Source: Priapulus caudatus (lineage: Eukaryota). Taken from it: 64,000 nucleotides of DNA. Both the position numbers and the translations under genes were made by a program. The stretch is taken from positions 596,922 to 660,921 of the forward strand of contig NW_014577061.1 in NCBI RefSeq assembly GCF_000485595.1, read 5' to 3'. Positions 1-18,415 of this stretch are shown in pieces; position 1 is the first letter of the stretch; each line of letters opens with the position of its first letter. The notes under the pieces are model-generated. The model was given only the letters and a program-made list of their open reading frames with translations, made no database searches and was not told the origin of the DNA.

Positions 1-832
1 TAAATCATGTAAATATTTGGGTTAATTGGACCTACCATTTTTATCACTTTATTGAAAGAACCATGAAATGTGCTTTCCACTGACGTGCGAAGAGTAAGTG
101 TCTGATAACCTTTTGACCCTCAAGAGGAGGGTTAAACATGGATTCCTGAACTGCCTCAATGACGTCATAGTGTTGTCATATTCATGGCACATCCATAATC
201 TAGAAACCCAATAAGCCTGGATAGCCGAACGCGTACAGCACAGGCGTCACGGCTCAAAGGTTGTTGGATCGAATTCCATCTGATTTTTTATTATTTACCT
301 GTTTTCTGTATTTTTCTATCTTTATCCATTCAACTATTTTTTTCGTCAACAGTTGGGCACAAATCTTAACCGCTCGACGTACGTCACGATATTCGGGACG
401 TGGGGGGGGGGGATCGTGAAAAGGACTCGGGATGGCAAATTTGGGGGGCAAGGGTCAAAGGTCAAGATGTGTAAACGGAGGGGGAATATTTCCCCCTTAA
501 CTTAAGGTATAGGAGGAAATACGGAATTGCGGCACAAATCTTAACGGCTCGACCTATGCTCTTAATATTCGGTGTATAGTGTGATGTGCAGGAAACCCAT
601 CACCAGCGCGAAATTGGAGGTCACAGGTGAAAGGGCAATGGGGGAAAGGTCGGATATCAGACATTTTCTGAGGACATGGCCTAATAGACAGAGTGGAAAA
701 CTTTTTTGTTTCAGCGCTGACCTACCATTTTTATCACTTTATTGAAAGGACCATGAAATGTGCTTTCCACTGACGTGCGAAGAGTAAGTTTCTGCACAGA
801 CGGACGTCGTCAGACTACGTAAGATGAGCTAA
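1..832. mobile_element. 3' part of a HINE-like element, internally inverted relative to the 4757-6793 copy
   Basis: 344-794 is the reverse complement of ~6304-6753; 30-343 is a diverged reverse complement of ~6066-6381; same 3' end CAGACTACGTAAGATGAGCTAA. Confidence 0.75.
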
Positions 833-2810
833 TTAATAGACTTTATTGAAATTGATCAAGCAAAGGAAAACACTAATATAGTCCCCGAAGGAGGAGAAAG
901 CGGGAAACTCAGTCTTGAAAAAAGATGTAAAAATGAACGGACTAGGAGCATAGGACACACTGTGCGATTTTCTACGCTGGCCGCTTGCGATCGATAAATA
1001 CGGTGCCGGGTCCGCGCGGTGTGCTCGCGATCCCATACGCCCAGCTGATCGCTCGCATTCAACGCATTCAACCGGTTTTTCATCTCTTGCATACAAATAC
1101 ACCAGCGCGCCCAACAATGAACAATCGCGTTCGAACGCAATTGTTTTTAGCAGCCAATCAAGTGTAGCAACGAAAGCTAGGAAACGATTTAGAAAAATTT
1201 ATAAAGCAGAAGAAAGCAGAATTTGAGATTTGTAAAGCAGAAGAAAGCAGAATTTGACATTTATAAAGCAGAAAACTTGAGGCACTACACTAATACTCTA
1301 GGCAGGCAGTCAGTTTACACAACTGCAAAAGAGTTATCATTAGCAAAATAAAACCCATATTCAAAAATTCATGATCAATTTACGGATTACGAAAGCAAAC
1401 GACCAGACATTGGTGAAATCGATTAACAAGCACACAACTAGCCCACGTACCTGGAGCAGCTCCACTCGTTGCAGCCCCTCCCATTGGCACACCCCTACCA
1501 GCGGCCCGGCCCATCCCTGGACCACCCATCGCCCCTGGTATAGGCACACGGGGCACACCATCCTGAAATAGGTCAGAAACCTTTAAAACAACCTATCGGT
1601 ACCAAACAATAGAGCAACTCGATGTGCGAAGCATTTCTGTTCATAATCCAGGAACCTTCCTTCTTGATTTTAAAAAGTTGAAAAATGTTTTTGTACTTGA
1701 AGTGGAAGTTAAAAAAAAAAGAAATTGCACAATTAACAACTCCTGCTCACAGTAAATTTCTGCTCAAGAATGGTCAATTCTACTTGTCAACTGTTACTCG
1801 AATGCAAACACTGCAAGACATACATCGGCTGGAGGTGGTCCTTCTACAGTCATTGACACTATGTTCTCGCCTCGAAGTAGAACTAGTCCGAGAACTCTTT
1901 TTTCTTCGCGCTCAGTGCCTTTACTCTTTGGTTTCAGCTTTCGAAACTCTTCGCAATCACCTGCACATAGGTAAATAATATACTCCATGACGTTTCTCTG
2001 CCTGCATTTGGTGACCAGCAATTGAACCATGTAAATATGAAACAATATAGCACCACAGATTTATGCTAATGACAGAAATTACCTTTAAGAAAAACCAAAA
2101 GATGAAATAATATGAATTTTCTTCACAAGTTTTTGCACACATCTTTTAAAATTGACACATTTTCCATATTTGGGAGTTTTACACGTTAATTAATGATAGA
2201 CAGTTGATGGTTCCAATTACCAATGTGAACATATATCGCCAAATTAAATAAGTCTATAGACGTAAGATAAAGACATAGATGTTTAATTTATCTCTTTAGT
2301 CACTATACATACCAAGGATCAGGTTCATGTGTTTGTCGAAAGCTTTGAATGTGCCTATAAAGATTCTGCTGTCTTGCAATGTGACACGCATCCTGTAGTT
2401 CAGGTGCTGTGTCATCTTACTACTCTTTCCTATCACCTGTCAAGGACATAAATTAGATTATTAACTGGGCTTCATGTTCGTTTATTAATGATGTCCCGAT
2501 GATCGATTGTAATCGAAAGTCAGTCGATTGCAGCAACCGACTAAATGCTCGATTATGAAAATAAATACCCGATTATCAAAAAATAAAATTATTTAAAATA
2601 AAATTTGCAAACATTGATGAAATGACTCTTTATTTTATATTCTAACCTACACCAAACATAAGCAAGTATAAAACTTTTACATAGCTTTTAGAATATTGTA
2701 TTGTAAAAAATACTGTTTTATATATATCCATGATATATTTCAATATCTGGTATTTGTGATCAATGTCATGTTGGGACAAAGCACGCAGTTTGTTTTAAAA
2801 TTTTAAATTT
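795..2810. repeat. ~2-kb direct duplication of 6754-8760 (SmB exons 2-4 and introns)
   Basis: Colinear near-identity; the 6754-8760 copy has scattered 1-2 nt indels. Confidence 0.92.
1451..2436 (-). CDS. SNRPB: Small nuclear ribonucleoprotein SmB/B', copy 1, exons 2-4 (2313-2436, 1824-1960, 1451-1562); downstream exons would lie left of the window
   Basis: Spliced translation [111 protein letters not shown] contains the Sm1/Sm2 motifs of SmB; GT-AG boundaries with consistent phases. Confidence 0.95.
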
Positions 2811-3288
2811 TTCACAGTGAGAGAATTAAGCTGCCTTGGCGGAGGTCTGCGCTCTCCGAGTGCTCTAGTTACTTTATGATTTCTTCTTACTAAGAGATTT
2901 TTCATGCCATACAGAACTCATGGTAAAGTTGATATGGTGATTATTACATAGTCTAGACTCTATACTCTAGAGATGAATATATATATTAACAAATTATATA
3001 TGTGTTAAATAATATTATGTTATAAGCAATATGCCTAATTTCTTTGTGCTTTATTTTAACAAAGATATCATCTGGGTAGTGACCGAACCCATAATAGCAA
3101 GAGCATCATAACATACAGCATGACTCGGTTATAAAACACGAAATTCAACCTTTACATATATACCCCTACTTTACTACATGAAACTCAATATAAATGATAT
3201 CGCAAGTAGTGTTAGTAGTAACTTTAATTTGTGTATATATTTCTTATTATAGAGATATAGCTTCAGCCGTCAAACATGGCTTTAGCCA

Positions 3289-8372
<5,084 letters not shown>

Positions 8373-9701
8373 CTGTCAAGGACATAAATTAGATTATTAA
8401 CTGGGCTTCATGTTCGTTTATTAATGATGTCCCGATGATCGATTGTAATCGAAAGTCAGTCGATTGCAGCAACCGACTAAATGCTCGATTATGAAAATAA
8501 ATACCCGATTATCAAAAAATAAAATTAATTTAAAATAAAATTTGCAACATTGATGAAATGAATGCATCTCTTTATTTATAATTCTAACCTACACCAAACA
8601 TAAGCAAGTATAAAACTTTTTACTCATAGCTTTTTAGAATATGTATTGGTAAAAAATACTGTTTTATATATCCATGATATATTTCAATATCTGGTATTTG
8701 TGATCAATGTCATGTTGGGACACAGCACGCAGTTTGTTTTAAAATTTAAAATTTTTAAATTTTAAGTGTTAGTTTATTATCAAAAACCCACCACACTCTC
8801 ACATAATTAATAAAATAGTTTCACGTTTTATTTTGGGGCTGGATCGTAAGTGCCAGAGAACAACCTTTCAGCTTTTCCCACCATTCAAGAAGGAGTTTTG
8901 CTGTTCCGCTCATACCACAAGCGGTGGTTACAGGGTTGTGAACACTAGCAATTATTTTTGCTCAGGTAACTCAAAATATTTCAATGAAATGGCGAAGGCC
9001 AACCACACACAGCAGTGGGTCGAAGCCACTGTTATGTTGGCCGCAGGCCAAAACCCATCCGAGCGCTTACCAAAAAGGAGAACCGAAGGCCTCTTGTAAG
9101 AAGCGTGGCCGGGGGAGTTCGAGACGATTTTTAAACGACTTCATCTCCAAAAGTATCAAATACTGGGCATCTGACAACGCTATGACATGAGTAAGAAACA
9201 GTACATAAGTAGGAGAGCAGAATTTTTTAACCGCATTGTATTCAGAACACAAAAATTAGTTGTTTCAAAATCTGTCCATAGAAGTCACAAATCCTTCTGC
9301 TAGAATCAGGTATAACTATAAGAAAATTACATATAAATTAACTCAGACCTTTATTGCTACAGAAAACGCGAAGTCTCTTGCGCTGGGCCCGGGCCCCCCC
9401 CTCGTAAGGCCGGCTGAAAAAAAAAAATAAAAAAAAATAGTCAGGGGGTTTGAGAAAGCGGCCGCGAGGCACGTGTGTATGGGTCTGGTGCACATCGACG
9501 CGGGCGTACGGGCGCGGGCATGGGGGCGGCCGGCGGAGTTCGAACTGGTGGCATGTACGAGGGGGCACGATTTTGTTTCAGCGTGGTACAATCACTATAA
9601 AAATGTAGAGGTTGGCATTGCTGGACTATGAAGAGCGACAGCAAAACTCTTTCGGGTAATTGACAAAAAGCTCACTAATCGGTAATGACACAGCCGAGTT
9701 G

Positions 9702-10325
9702 CCGCCAGGGAAAAATATACGTGTGAAATTTCATTAGGAATTTGTCCATCGATTTATCACCGTTCTATAATCCTACGGGTCTCGTAGGGCAATGCCCGCA
9801 GGCACACCCGCACACACGCACGCACGCATTGCAGGCTAACGCCACTGCGCAGCAGCACACGCGCAGGCTACGCACGCACGCGCACACGTGCACGGTCGCC
9901 AGTGCAACAACCGGCACACACAGACCAACGTACGCTACGCACCGCGCGCAGGCCCAACGCCCCGGCGCGCGCAAGCACCCCGCAGGCACACACCGGGCCA
10001 AGCACGTCGCACCAGGCACACAGCGTATATGACGCGCGGGCCGGGCGTGCGCGCGCTTGATTGAATGCAATACAGTAACAGACACACATGCATGCCTTAA
10101 TGTAAAACACTTGACAGTCACACCGTACCATCAAGAGTACAATAAGTAACTACGCATGGTGTTATTATGTACTCTTGTCCCCATGATATTCTCCGCGCGT
10201 GGAACCGGCTGCTCGCTAGCGGCTGAGGCAAGCGAGAGGCGGCAGAGGCGGGACCCGACCTGGACAATGGCGATTTCCAGGCGCGAACATCGCTTCCGCG
10301 CAGCCTATTTTTTCCCCTGGCGGTG
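9702..10325. mobile_element. Inverted-repeat-bounded element carrying a degenerate (CACG)n tract
   Basis: CCGCCAGGGAAAAATA at ~9703 and TATTTTTTCCCCTGGCGG at ~10306-10323; CACG-rich interior 9800-10060. Confidence 0.45.
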
Positions 10326-13211
10326 TTGACGGTTTACGGACTTGCGGGTTACGGACTTGGCGGGTATCTGCTCCCCTTAAAATTTCTCAACGAATCTTTA
10401 CATCGAATTTGGAATAACCCATAAATTAGAACTATAAATCGGCGGATTTTCCGCCATTTGGCGGACATTCACAACTCCCTTGTTACTACTACGCAATTGA
10501 TTAATGAATGCGACTTAATTGAACTCACGTCAACGAACTTTTCGATGTCAAATTTGTAAAAATTTTGTTCTTGCCAATTTTTTTTACATTAAAAGTAAGT
10601 ATACTAACGGGACTTATAACGTATACGTCAATTCTTACCTGATAAGATTGTTTTCTCAACTAGTTAAAAATCAAAAAAACCTGGTAGGGATTGAATATTA
10701 AGTTGTTTCCTGCAAATAATTGCTTGCTATGGGCTATGTATGAGTCAACGAGTGTATGTTTCACATAGAACAATTAGTAAAACTATGAAGTATAAGTGCA
10801 GCAATTTTACCATAAAAAGTGAAGCAGAATTATCTTATATTTTTTGTGAGCAAGTGGAAATATTTTTTTTTTTTTTTTAGTATTTCCGGTGACGTAATCA
10901 CTTTAAACAATGGCCGTGATTGTGATGTGATGTCCAAGATGAAGGTGATGTGTGTTTTGAGCCCACCCACGCACTGGAGGGATGTACCTTATTGGCTGTT
11001 CTTTCGTTCGCATGTTGGGTCTGTATAGATACGGTTGGTGTTCGACGCACGCGCATACGCTCGCTCACACGCACGCACAAACGACATGAGGGAGAGAGTA
11101 GAAAGAGAGGAGTTTATAGAATGTGCGTTATTTTAACGTCTTGGATAATAAAACGACAATTTACTGATTAGTTATAGTGATCTTTTATTAGTGATCGCAG
11201 TTCTTGTTGCTCCGATTGAAGCAAATGAAATCTCCTAAAAAAAAAGTAATACACCGATTTGAACAGTTCTGCGCGCTTATGTGTTTCTGCGCCAGTAGTT
11301 TCGCATCTCCGCGAGAGCCGGATGTGCGAGTAAACTCGCGCCATGTTGTTTATTTGATGCGTTTGTCGGTTTCAAGGATAAGAGATGATGGTCCCAGTCA
11401 GTGATTGGATAGGATGATGTTAGTTTGATAAGATAGGACTGACATCTTTCTCTATCCCTGACCGCGTTTCCTCCTTGCCATATCCGCAGGTCGCTCACGC
11501 TTTGTGTCCAAGAACAGTGCACTAGCAGGGAATAGAGCACCGATAATTGATGACTCTGGAGTGGACATGTACACTTGATTACATTTAACCTTATTGGTCA
11601 ATTCATGCCTCAAAAGCTTTTTTTCTAAGCCAATACATCCGTTGAAAGACCTTTACCAACTACACGCCTCACACGAGTAAAGAAATTTTAACTCGCAATT
11701 CTGGGACGGAAACTCCTCCCGACCCTTTGACCTTAGGCTTAGCTGGCATTGCGCTGAGTGTTAAAGTCTGTCAACTTGTTGTATTAACAAACCCTGTTGA
11801 CCAGTTTTAACACTGCGCATGCGCTCAAGCCTAAGATCACAGTCCGGGAGGATTTTCGTTCCAGAATGCGCGAAGTAAATATGCGCGAACAATAGCGAAT
11901 ATGTAGCTGGCATCATAGCGGCCGCACCAGGCTGCCACAGTGTAGTTTGCATGCGTTTGTGCCTATGAGCTACAGTTTAGGTCAGCTTCCAAGAACGTAT
12001 TGCTAGGGTTAGGAATACCGTTTCGATAACAAGGCTGCAGCTAAACGACGTAGTTCTGCCTTATACTTCCACAGTATCGCCGATAAGATACACCACACAT
12101 GGTGATATACAAATGAATCAACGTAGAAACGTCCACCTTCTTTGTAACCATCAGTGCGCTATCGATGCGCTGGTTACTTAAACGGGGTTTACAGGCAACT
12201 TTTTGAGACGAAGCAACAAATTTATGAATCTTGCCGCCATGTTTGCTTTTATTGCCGACTGTGACTGACCAAACTCCGCAATGGATCGAACAAGCAATTA
12301 AAACGATCTGCGGTGGGTCCATGTAAAACGTCCCTACATCCGAGAAACATGTCATCTACAGTTTTTTTCCAAATGGCCAGACATGTTGCCTGATACATCG
12401 TTTCACTTGCTTGGTGTGTAAATTGCCTTGAGAGCGCATCGTACTATTCTGTAGTATCTTTCTCGCTCGAGTCGTATCCGGTTCGCGGTTTTCCTTGTGC
12501 CTTTGCTAAACAGTGGCGGTTAAGAGCTGATTTGAAGTTTGATATGCTGTAGTAAGTTAGCAGATTATATCCGTTGATATAAGATATTACATTTAGTTTT
12601 AAACAGGACATTCTGTGAGTTAAGTTCATATTTTAATACAAGGCAAGTCAAAGGTGGTAATGGAAAGTTTTATTTGAGCCATATACAGAGTTATTCATCT
12701 AGATCTGCAGAGGTGATAGTTTTTTTGTATGGAGGGTGTCAGGCTGATAGACAATTCCGTCGCACGCCAGCCTGGGGCTACATTTCGGGTGAGGTCCACG
12801 CGTGCACAGCACAGCCATTTCAACAGAATTTGGAAGTAGTGCCTGCACTTTTAGGAATAAATGGAATAATAATAACATGGTTGGTAAAAGTTGTGGAAAA
12901 GTGTCCAAAAAGATATGGTGAGATGTCCTATGTTTGAGTAGATAAGTGTTTAAAAGCCGCGATCATTTTCCGATTTTAGGGATAATTTTTTGGTCACATC
13001 AGTTGAACCATTTGCATCGGATTATCATTTCTATAGCAAATGTGCTATAGCCCTGCGTGCAGCGATTCCGCGGCTATAGTACTAGAGCTATGTGAAGGCT
13101 GCTAAACGGATGCAGTAATTGGGCTTGAATAAAAAAGACTTTTTAGAGCATGCCATTGACCATGTAATTTAAATGTTATCAAGTGCATGGGTCCCTCAGT
13201 CAAATGTATCC

Positions 13212-13968
13212 ATTATCGTAGACGGATCATAATTCTGTCCATATAACCATTTTTTTATATTGTGTGGTGAGGGTTATATTGGGAACATGAACGGGTTCAT
13301 TGAAATTTTTGTGAGATGACGCATGCAAAATGCTGCGCTGCTAATGCGGCCCTACTGCCGCTGTTATTGCGCGAAAAAAACACCTACCTGTTCGTCTCTT
13401 TACTACAATGCTTTACCTTGCCACTGATATGTGTACATTTCAGTCTTCAAATACGTTATTTTACTTCTTAAAAGATTGTTTTTTTTCAGAACACCCGGCT
13501 TTGCATTAAGCTTGTAGTAAAATTACGTTGGCCATTGTTACAAACAATCCAGACGCAATCAAACAGCGAGCTATAGGCCTCCTGCACGCCAGCAGATACA
13601 AGCGATAAACCAGGGGCTATTGTAAAGACTGCTGTGATTTGGCCTGAACTGTTTGTAAATGGCCAACGTAATTTACTAAAGTTAATGAAGGGCGGGGGTT
13701 GTTCTGAATAAACAATCTTTTAAGCCAGTAATATAACGATTGAAGTGAATTTAATACACATATCATGTGGCAGAGGTAAAGCCATGTAGAAGAGAACGCT
13801 GTTTTTTTTTCGCGCCAATAGCGGCGTACGGGCCGCATTAGCAGCGCATCCATTTGCATTGCGATCTCACCGAAATTTCAATGGAAACCCCGTTCTGTCC
13901 CAATATAACCCTCACCAGAAAATATAAAAAGGTTATATGGGAACAGAAATTATTCGGTCTACGCATTA
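13212..13968. mobile_element. ~750-bp degenerate foldback element
   Basis: 13212-13395 pairs with 13790-13968 and 13450-13560 pairs with 13636-13745; the inner arm resembles 48410-48510. Confidence 0.75.
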
Positions 13969-14879
13969 CCGGTGCTCTATTCCTGCTACGCGCATACTGT
14001 TCCTTCGACACAAAGGTGAGCGAGCCTGCGTATGCCCCAGGCACGATAACGCATCGAGATAAACACATAGCAGAGTCTTACTCGTCACATCCGGGCTCTC
14101 GCGGAGATGCGAAACTACTGGCGCAGAACATAGGCGCAGAACTGTCAATGGGTGTATTGTCGTAGGGTCTAGTCTAGTCAGAATGAAGGCAGAAATTTAG
14201 TGATTCACTCAAAAGTGCGGTCACATACACCCTGCGATCTACATTTTCAAAATTTAGAATACACCAACCACAGACCCCCGCCTCTGTGCATACACATCCA
14301 TTTCACCCTAGCTACGCCCCTGCTTGCTATCATTTAATAATTATAACTGCCCAAGCGCTTGTGAGTACAACTACTGGTAGGTGGTACTGTACTGAGTCAG
14401 AGTAAAGCCGTTTCATTCGAAACCGGCGAATTCGTATTTCAGCGTTAATTCTCAGTACACCACAAATATACGTAATAAAAAAACTATCAAACCCACACAT
14501 ACATTAAAACCGTGCTCACTTACCATCTTGGAAATGTTTATTTATATCGATTGCGACAGATTTTTACGGGTGTATGTAATCCTACGAAGATATTCAACTA
14601 CAAACGAACAAACAACGCACAAAATACGTGCTTATATTGTGCCGCCATCTGGCGTGATGAATGCCCACCAACACCACTGGCACTGAACTTCATAACTGTA
14701 AATCTGTTATTATTGTTATTATCAACATAGACAAAATATATTCTTAACGATATTCTTAGTCTATATTANNNNNNNNNNATTAGCAGATAGCCACTTGGTT
14801 CTCAAATAATTGACCTCCGAGATCGTGTGTCACTACACCGTGCGGTGGCCATGCCTGTAGCGACGTGGCTTACGCGCGT

Positions 14880-16270
14880 GTAGTGTGGCACGCCCCTAAT
14901 AACTCGATAACACTTGTACGTGTGCAAGAGTGAGCGATAAGTGCACGTCCTCCGATATCGTGTCTGTGTCGCAGCGAGTCACAAGCACCTCCGGATGCAT
15001 GTGCCAGTAACATGTCGTACCATGACGAAACGTTACACGTGCCGTCCTATGTGCCACTCGGTGCGTGCTGTGTGTGCATCGGTACACGTAACGTGTGTCG
15101 CGAGACGAAACACTGCGTGCGGTTGGGAACGGTAGCGCAGGATACCGGCGTGCCGTGCGTCCGTCACCGTCAAACACGCTGACCCTGAACCGCTGCGTGT
15201 GCACGTAAACCTGCGTGCCGCTGCGTGTGTACGCTACCGTGCGTGCCGTGGTGTGTGCGTGCGTGCTGTGTGCGCTGTTGCACGTACACGCGCATGCGGC
15301 TGCGTGCATGGCAACGTGTGCGTGCCGTGTGTGATCGCCCCGTTACGTGCGTGTGTCGCACGTACAACGTCGTGCCGTGCGTGTGAACGTACACGTGCGT
15401 GCGTGGGCGTGATCGCAACACGTGCTCGTGCGTGCGCTCGTGTCACGTACCACCGTAGCGCGCGCTGGCCTGTCGCGCCGCTCTGCGCGTCTGCCGTTCG
15501 CGCTCGTCTGTTTCCAATCTGGCTACGGCCATCCTGCCAGCCACGGAGGCCACGTTGAATGTTTGCAGGTCGAAGCGTGTCGGCGCATGTGTAGAGCCGT
15601 GTGGTGCAGCGTACACGTCGCGTTTAGTCGTGTCGCTACCAACAGTTCCTTTACGTATTACCTCGTGGCCGTTGACACTCGTGTAGTGCCAACAGTGCGA
15701 TGTCGATGGTAGATGTGGCAACTCGACAACTAGGAGCGGGTATGCGCATAGAAGCAGATTACGTGCCGTGCTAAGAAGTGTGCATGAATACCGAGAAGGG
15801 ATAGACGTCAGCGCGAGAGAGAAGGAGAGAGAGAGAGAGCGACCGAGAGGATGACGGCGGTGTGCATCGGTAACAGGCGGTGCGTGCGTGTTCGTGTGTA
15901 CGTACGTCGGGTCGTGCGCTGCCGTCGTGCACCACCCGTGCGTGCACAGTGCAGAGAGTGTGGCACACTATAGACAACGTCGCCGTGCGTGCGTGTGTCC
16001 GTAAACACAGTGCACTGCGTGCAGGTGATGTGCATCGCGTGTACACTCACACGTAGCGTGAGCAGTAGAGGCATTAGTATGTACCAACGTGCGTGCGTGC
16101 GTGTGTGCTGTAGCACCAGGCCACCGTATGGAGGATGGAAAGACGGGGTGTCCAGCGTGCGAGAGAGAGAGAAGAGAGAGAGAGAGGAGAAGAGAAGCGA
16201 GAGAGGTCGAGGACCTACCAAGAGCGCACAGGATGAAGATATTTCGAGAGAGATCCCACACCCGAGAGAG
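14880..16270. repeat. Degenerate (CGTG)n/(GA)n low-complexity satellite
   Basis: Runs of GCGT/GTGC/ACGT and GAGA; irregular; adjacent to an N gap. Confidence 0.8.
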
Positions 16271-16538
16271 AGCTATATAGCCAAGATACTAAGAAGCAGA
16301 ACGAAGGAAGAGAAAAATGGAGAAGCGACAACTGCAGTCTGAAAATTTCTTGGCCCAACTTTTCCAACAAAAAACAACAAAATTTTTGCTTGGGGGCCAG
16401 GGAGAAGGGCGCGGTTCGTGCTGATTGCGAACCGCCCCCCAACCCCACCCTGGCACCGGGCCGCTGTTATATACTATATCATGATTATATATAATGATAA
16501 TAATATCATATCTAAGATCAACTTACTAGAAGCTGAAG

Positions 16539-16854
16539 AGGGTCTATGTCCTGCCGGGGTACTGCCGGGAACGTCCCTGGGTAGCGGTCCGTATACCGAA
16601 CGTACACTAGTACTATCTAATAATGCCGGACCTAAATCTTCGCCTACTCACACTATACGAGAACAGTCTATACGATCCCTAGGGAGTCGCTACGCCTACC
16701 TCGAATCCCTAGAACACTAACCGAGGTAACGCACACACCTAACCCTAAGTTTTAAGCATAATCAATAGTGACCAGGGCGTACGTTGCCGGTATAACCGGA
16801 CCGTACCCAGGGTACGTTTCGGGCAAGTACTCGCTGTGGGGACATAGACAGCCT
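16539..16854. mobile_element. MITE of the AGGGTCTATGT-terminal family
   Basis: Imperfect ~55-bp TIRs; related ends at 35702-35940 and 47956-48566. Confidence 0.7.
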
Positions 16855-17310
16855 AATGAGTGGCCTTTACTAGATAATATCAGGAGCGTATAATGACAAA
16901 TGCGTATTTGTCATTATACGCTCCTGATAATATAGACTAAGAATATCGTTAAGAATATATTTTGTCTATGTTGATAATAACAATAGGGCGTCAGTTATAC
17001 AAGAGAGGCGTCAGTTTGGTTCCTATAGTATGTGTCGCACAGTGTGATTGGTTTATGCTAGGCACGCCCCTCAACAGCCAGCAGCCACGATGGCGTAGTG
17101 GATTTACACGGGAATTCATCAACATTTGCGTACGCAGGTGCAACGCTGCGTTGATGAATCGCACCTACGAGCTTTGCGTACGTACTTCGTAGAAACTCGG
17201 TGTACGCAATACACTTTACGCAACGTTGATGAATCCGGCCCCAGTCCCAAAACCACAGGCACAGCCAGAGGCAGAGGGTGAACACTGCCTGGGGGAAAAG
17301 GGGGGGGGCA

Positions 17311-17807
17311 CCGGCGGGAGGCACTCCCTATATATGGTAGGTATGTATGGTAGGTATGTGGCGCGGTTATGACACCCCTTTTCATCCCAAAATTTACATA
17401 CCAGAGACCCCCTTGTATATTTACCGTCCCGGAGCATATAGGTCCTACTTTTTCCCGCATAGACCCCCTTTTCACAGAGCAGCAGAGACCCCCTTTTCAC
17501 ATAATTATATTCCGTCTTGGTGCATAGTTACTACCTTTTTCCGCACCGGAGACCCCCCTTTTCACATATTTCCCGTTCCGGAGACCCCCTTTTTACGCAT
17601 TTCCCGTTTCTGCGCATATGTCCTGCTTTTTTTCTGCACGTTCCAGAGACCCCCTCTCGCAAACATGTCTAGTTCCGGAGCATCATTTCCAGCAAAACCT
17701 ATAGTTCCGGAGACTCCCAATTCCATATCTCAAGTGGCACATATGTGACATATTATCATCTCATATCTATGATTATCTGTAACCTACTTTTTGCCCCCCC
17801 CCCCGGG
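17311..17807. mobile_element. CCCGGG-ended MITE-like element with internal GAGACCCC repeats
   Basis: Multiple GAGACCCCC(T)n motifs in 17403-17655; G/C-run termini. Confidence 0.55.
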
Positions 17808-18415
17808 GGGGCGGGTGAACTAGGGTCCCTATATATAAATAGGAATTATTTATATATAGGGACCCTAGGGTGAACTAGGGTGAACCAAGGAGCTATATAT
17901 ATACGTTAGTCTATGCTAGAGCTCTAGTCTGTGCTCTGTGCAAGACTAGACAGACAAGACAAGACAAGACTATATAACAAGGAGAGGACGCGGATTGGCT
18001 GTGCGCGTTTCGCCTCAAGGGCGCTATCTATGGACCATAATCAGCTAAAACGGCTGTGCAGACGATCGTGTATTACCATAGACATATATTATATAGATAC
18101 AACACACCGTATTCGATTTGGAAGTCTTACTGGTAATAATATCACTAAATATGACTAAATAGACATTATATAAGATATAAACCTATAGTTTAGGCAGTTT
18201 TTAATGTAACACAGCATAATTTTCATTAAAAATAGCTATAAAATACATTAGTCATACATTTTTACAAGCTGTTGCCAGTTTATTTACAAATAGTAGCCTA
18301 AATACGACAAGAAATATTAGGAAAACGACGCTAATAGGCCCTATAGGCCTACCATCTACTCTAGATATATAACAGTTACATNNNNNNNNNNTTATTTCTA
18401 TGTATATACTTACAG

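Noticed and set aside
8833..9190. ORF-like segment upstream of SmB
   Set aside because: No recognisable domain in any frame examined; probably a decayed repeat.
10800..10820. Candidate SmB ATG-only first exon (ATG|GTAAAA on minus)
   Set aside because: Several equally plausible ATG-GT sites exist; cannot be fixed without transcripts.
12041..12937. Cluster of 60-104 aa ORFs
   Set aside because: No motif or coherent exon chain recognised.
14896..16342. Numerous overlapping H/T/R/A- and C/V/R-rich ORFs (also 9742-10134, 23722-24050, 36591-37105, 52536-52853)
   Set aside because: They are translations of CACG/CGTG repeats that lack stop codons, not genes.
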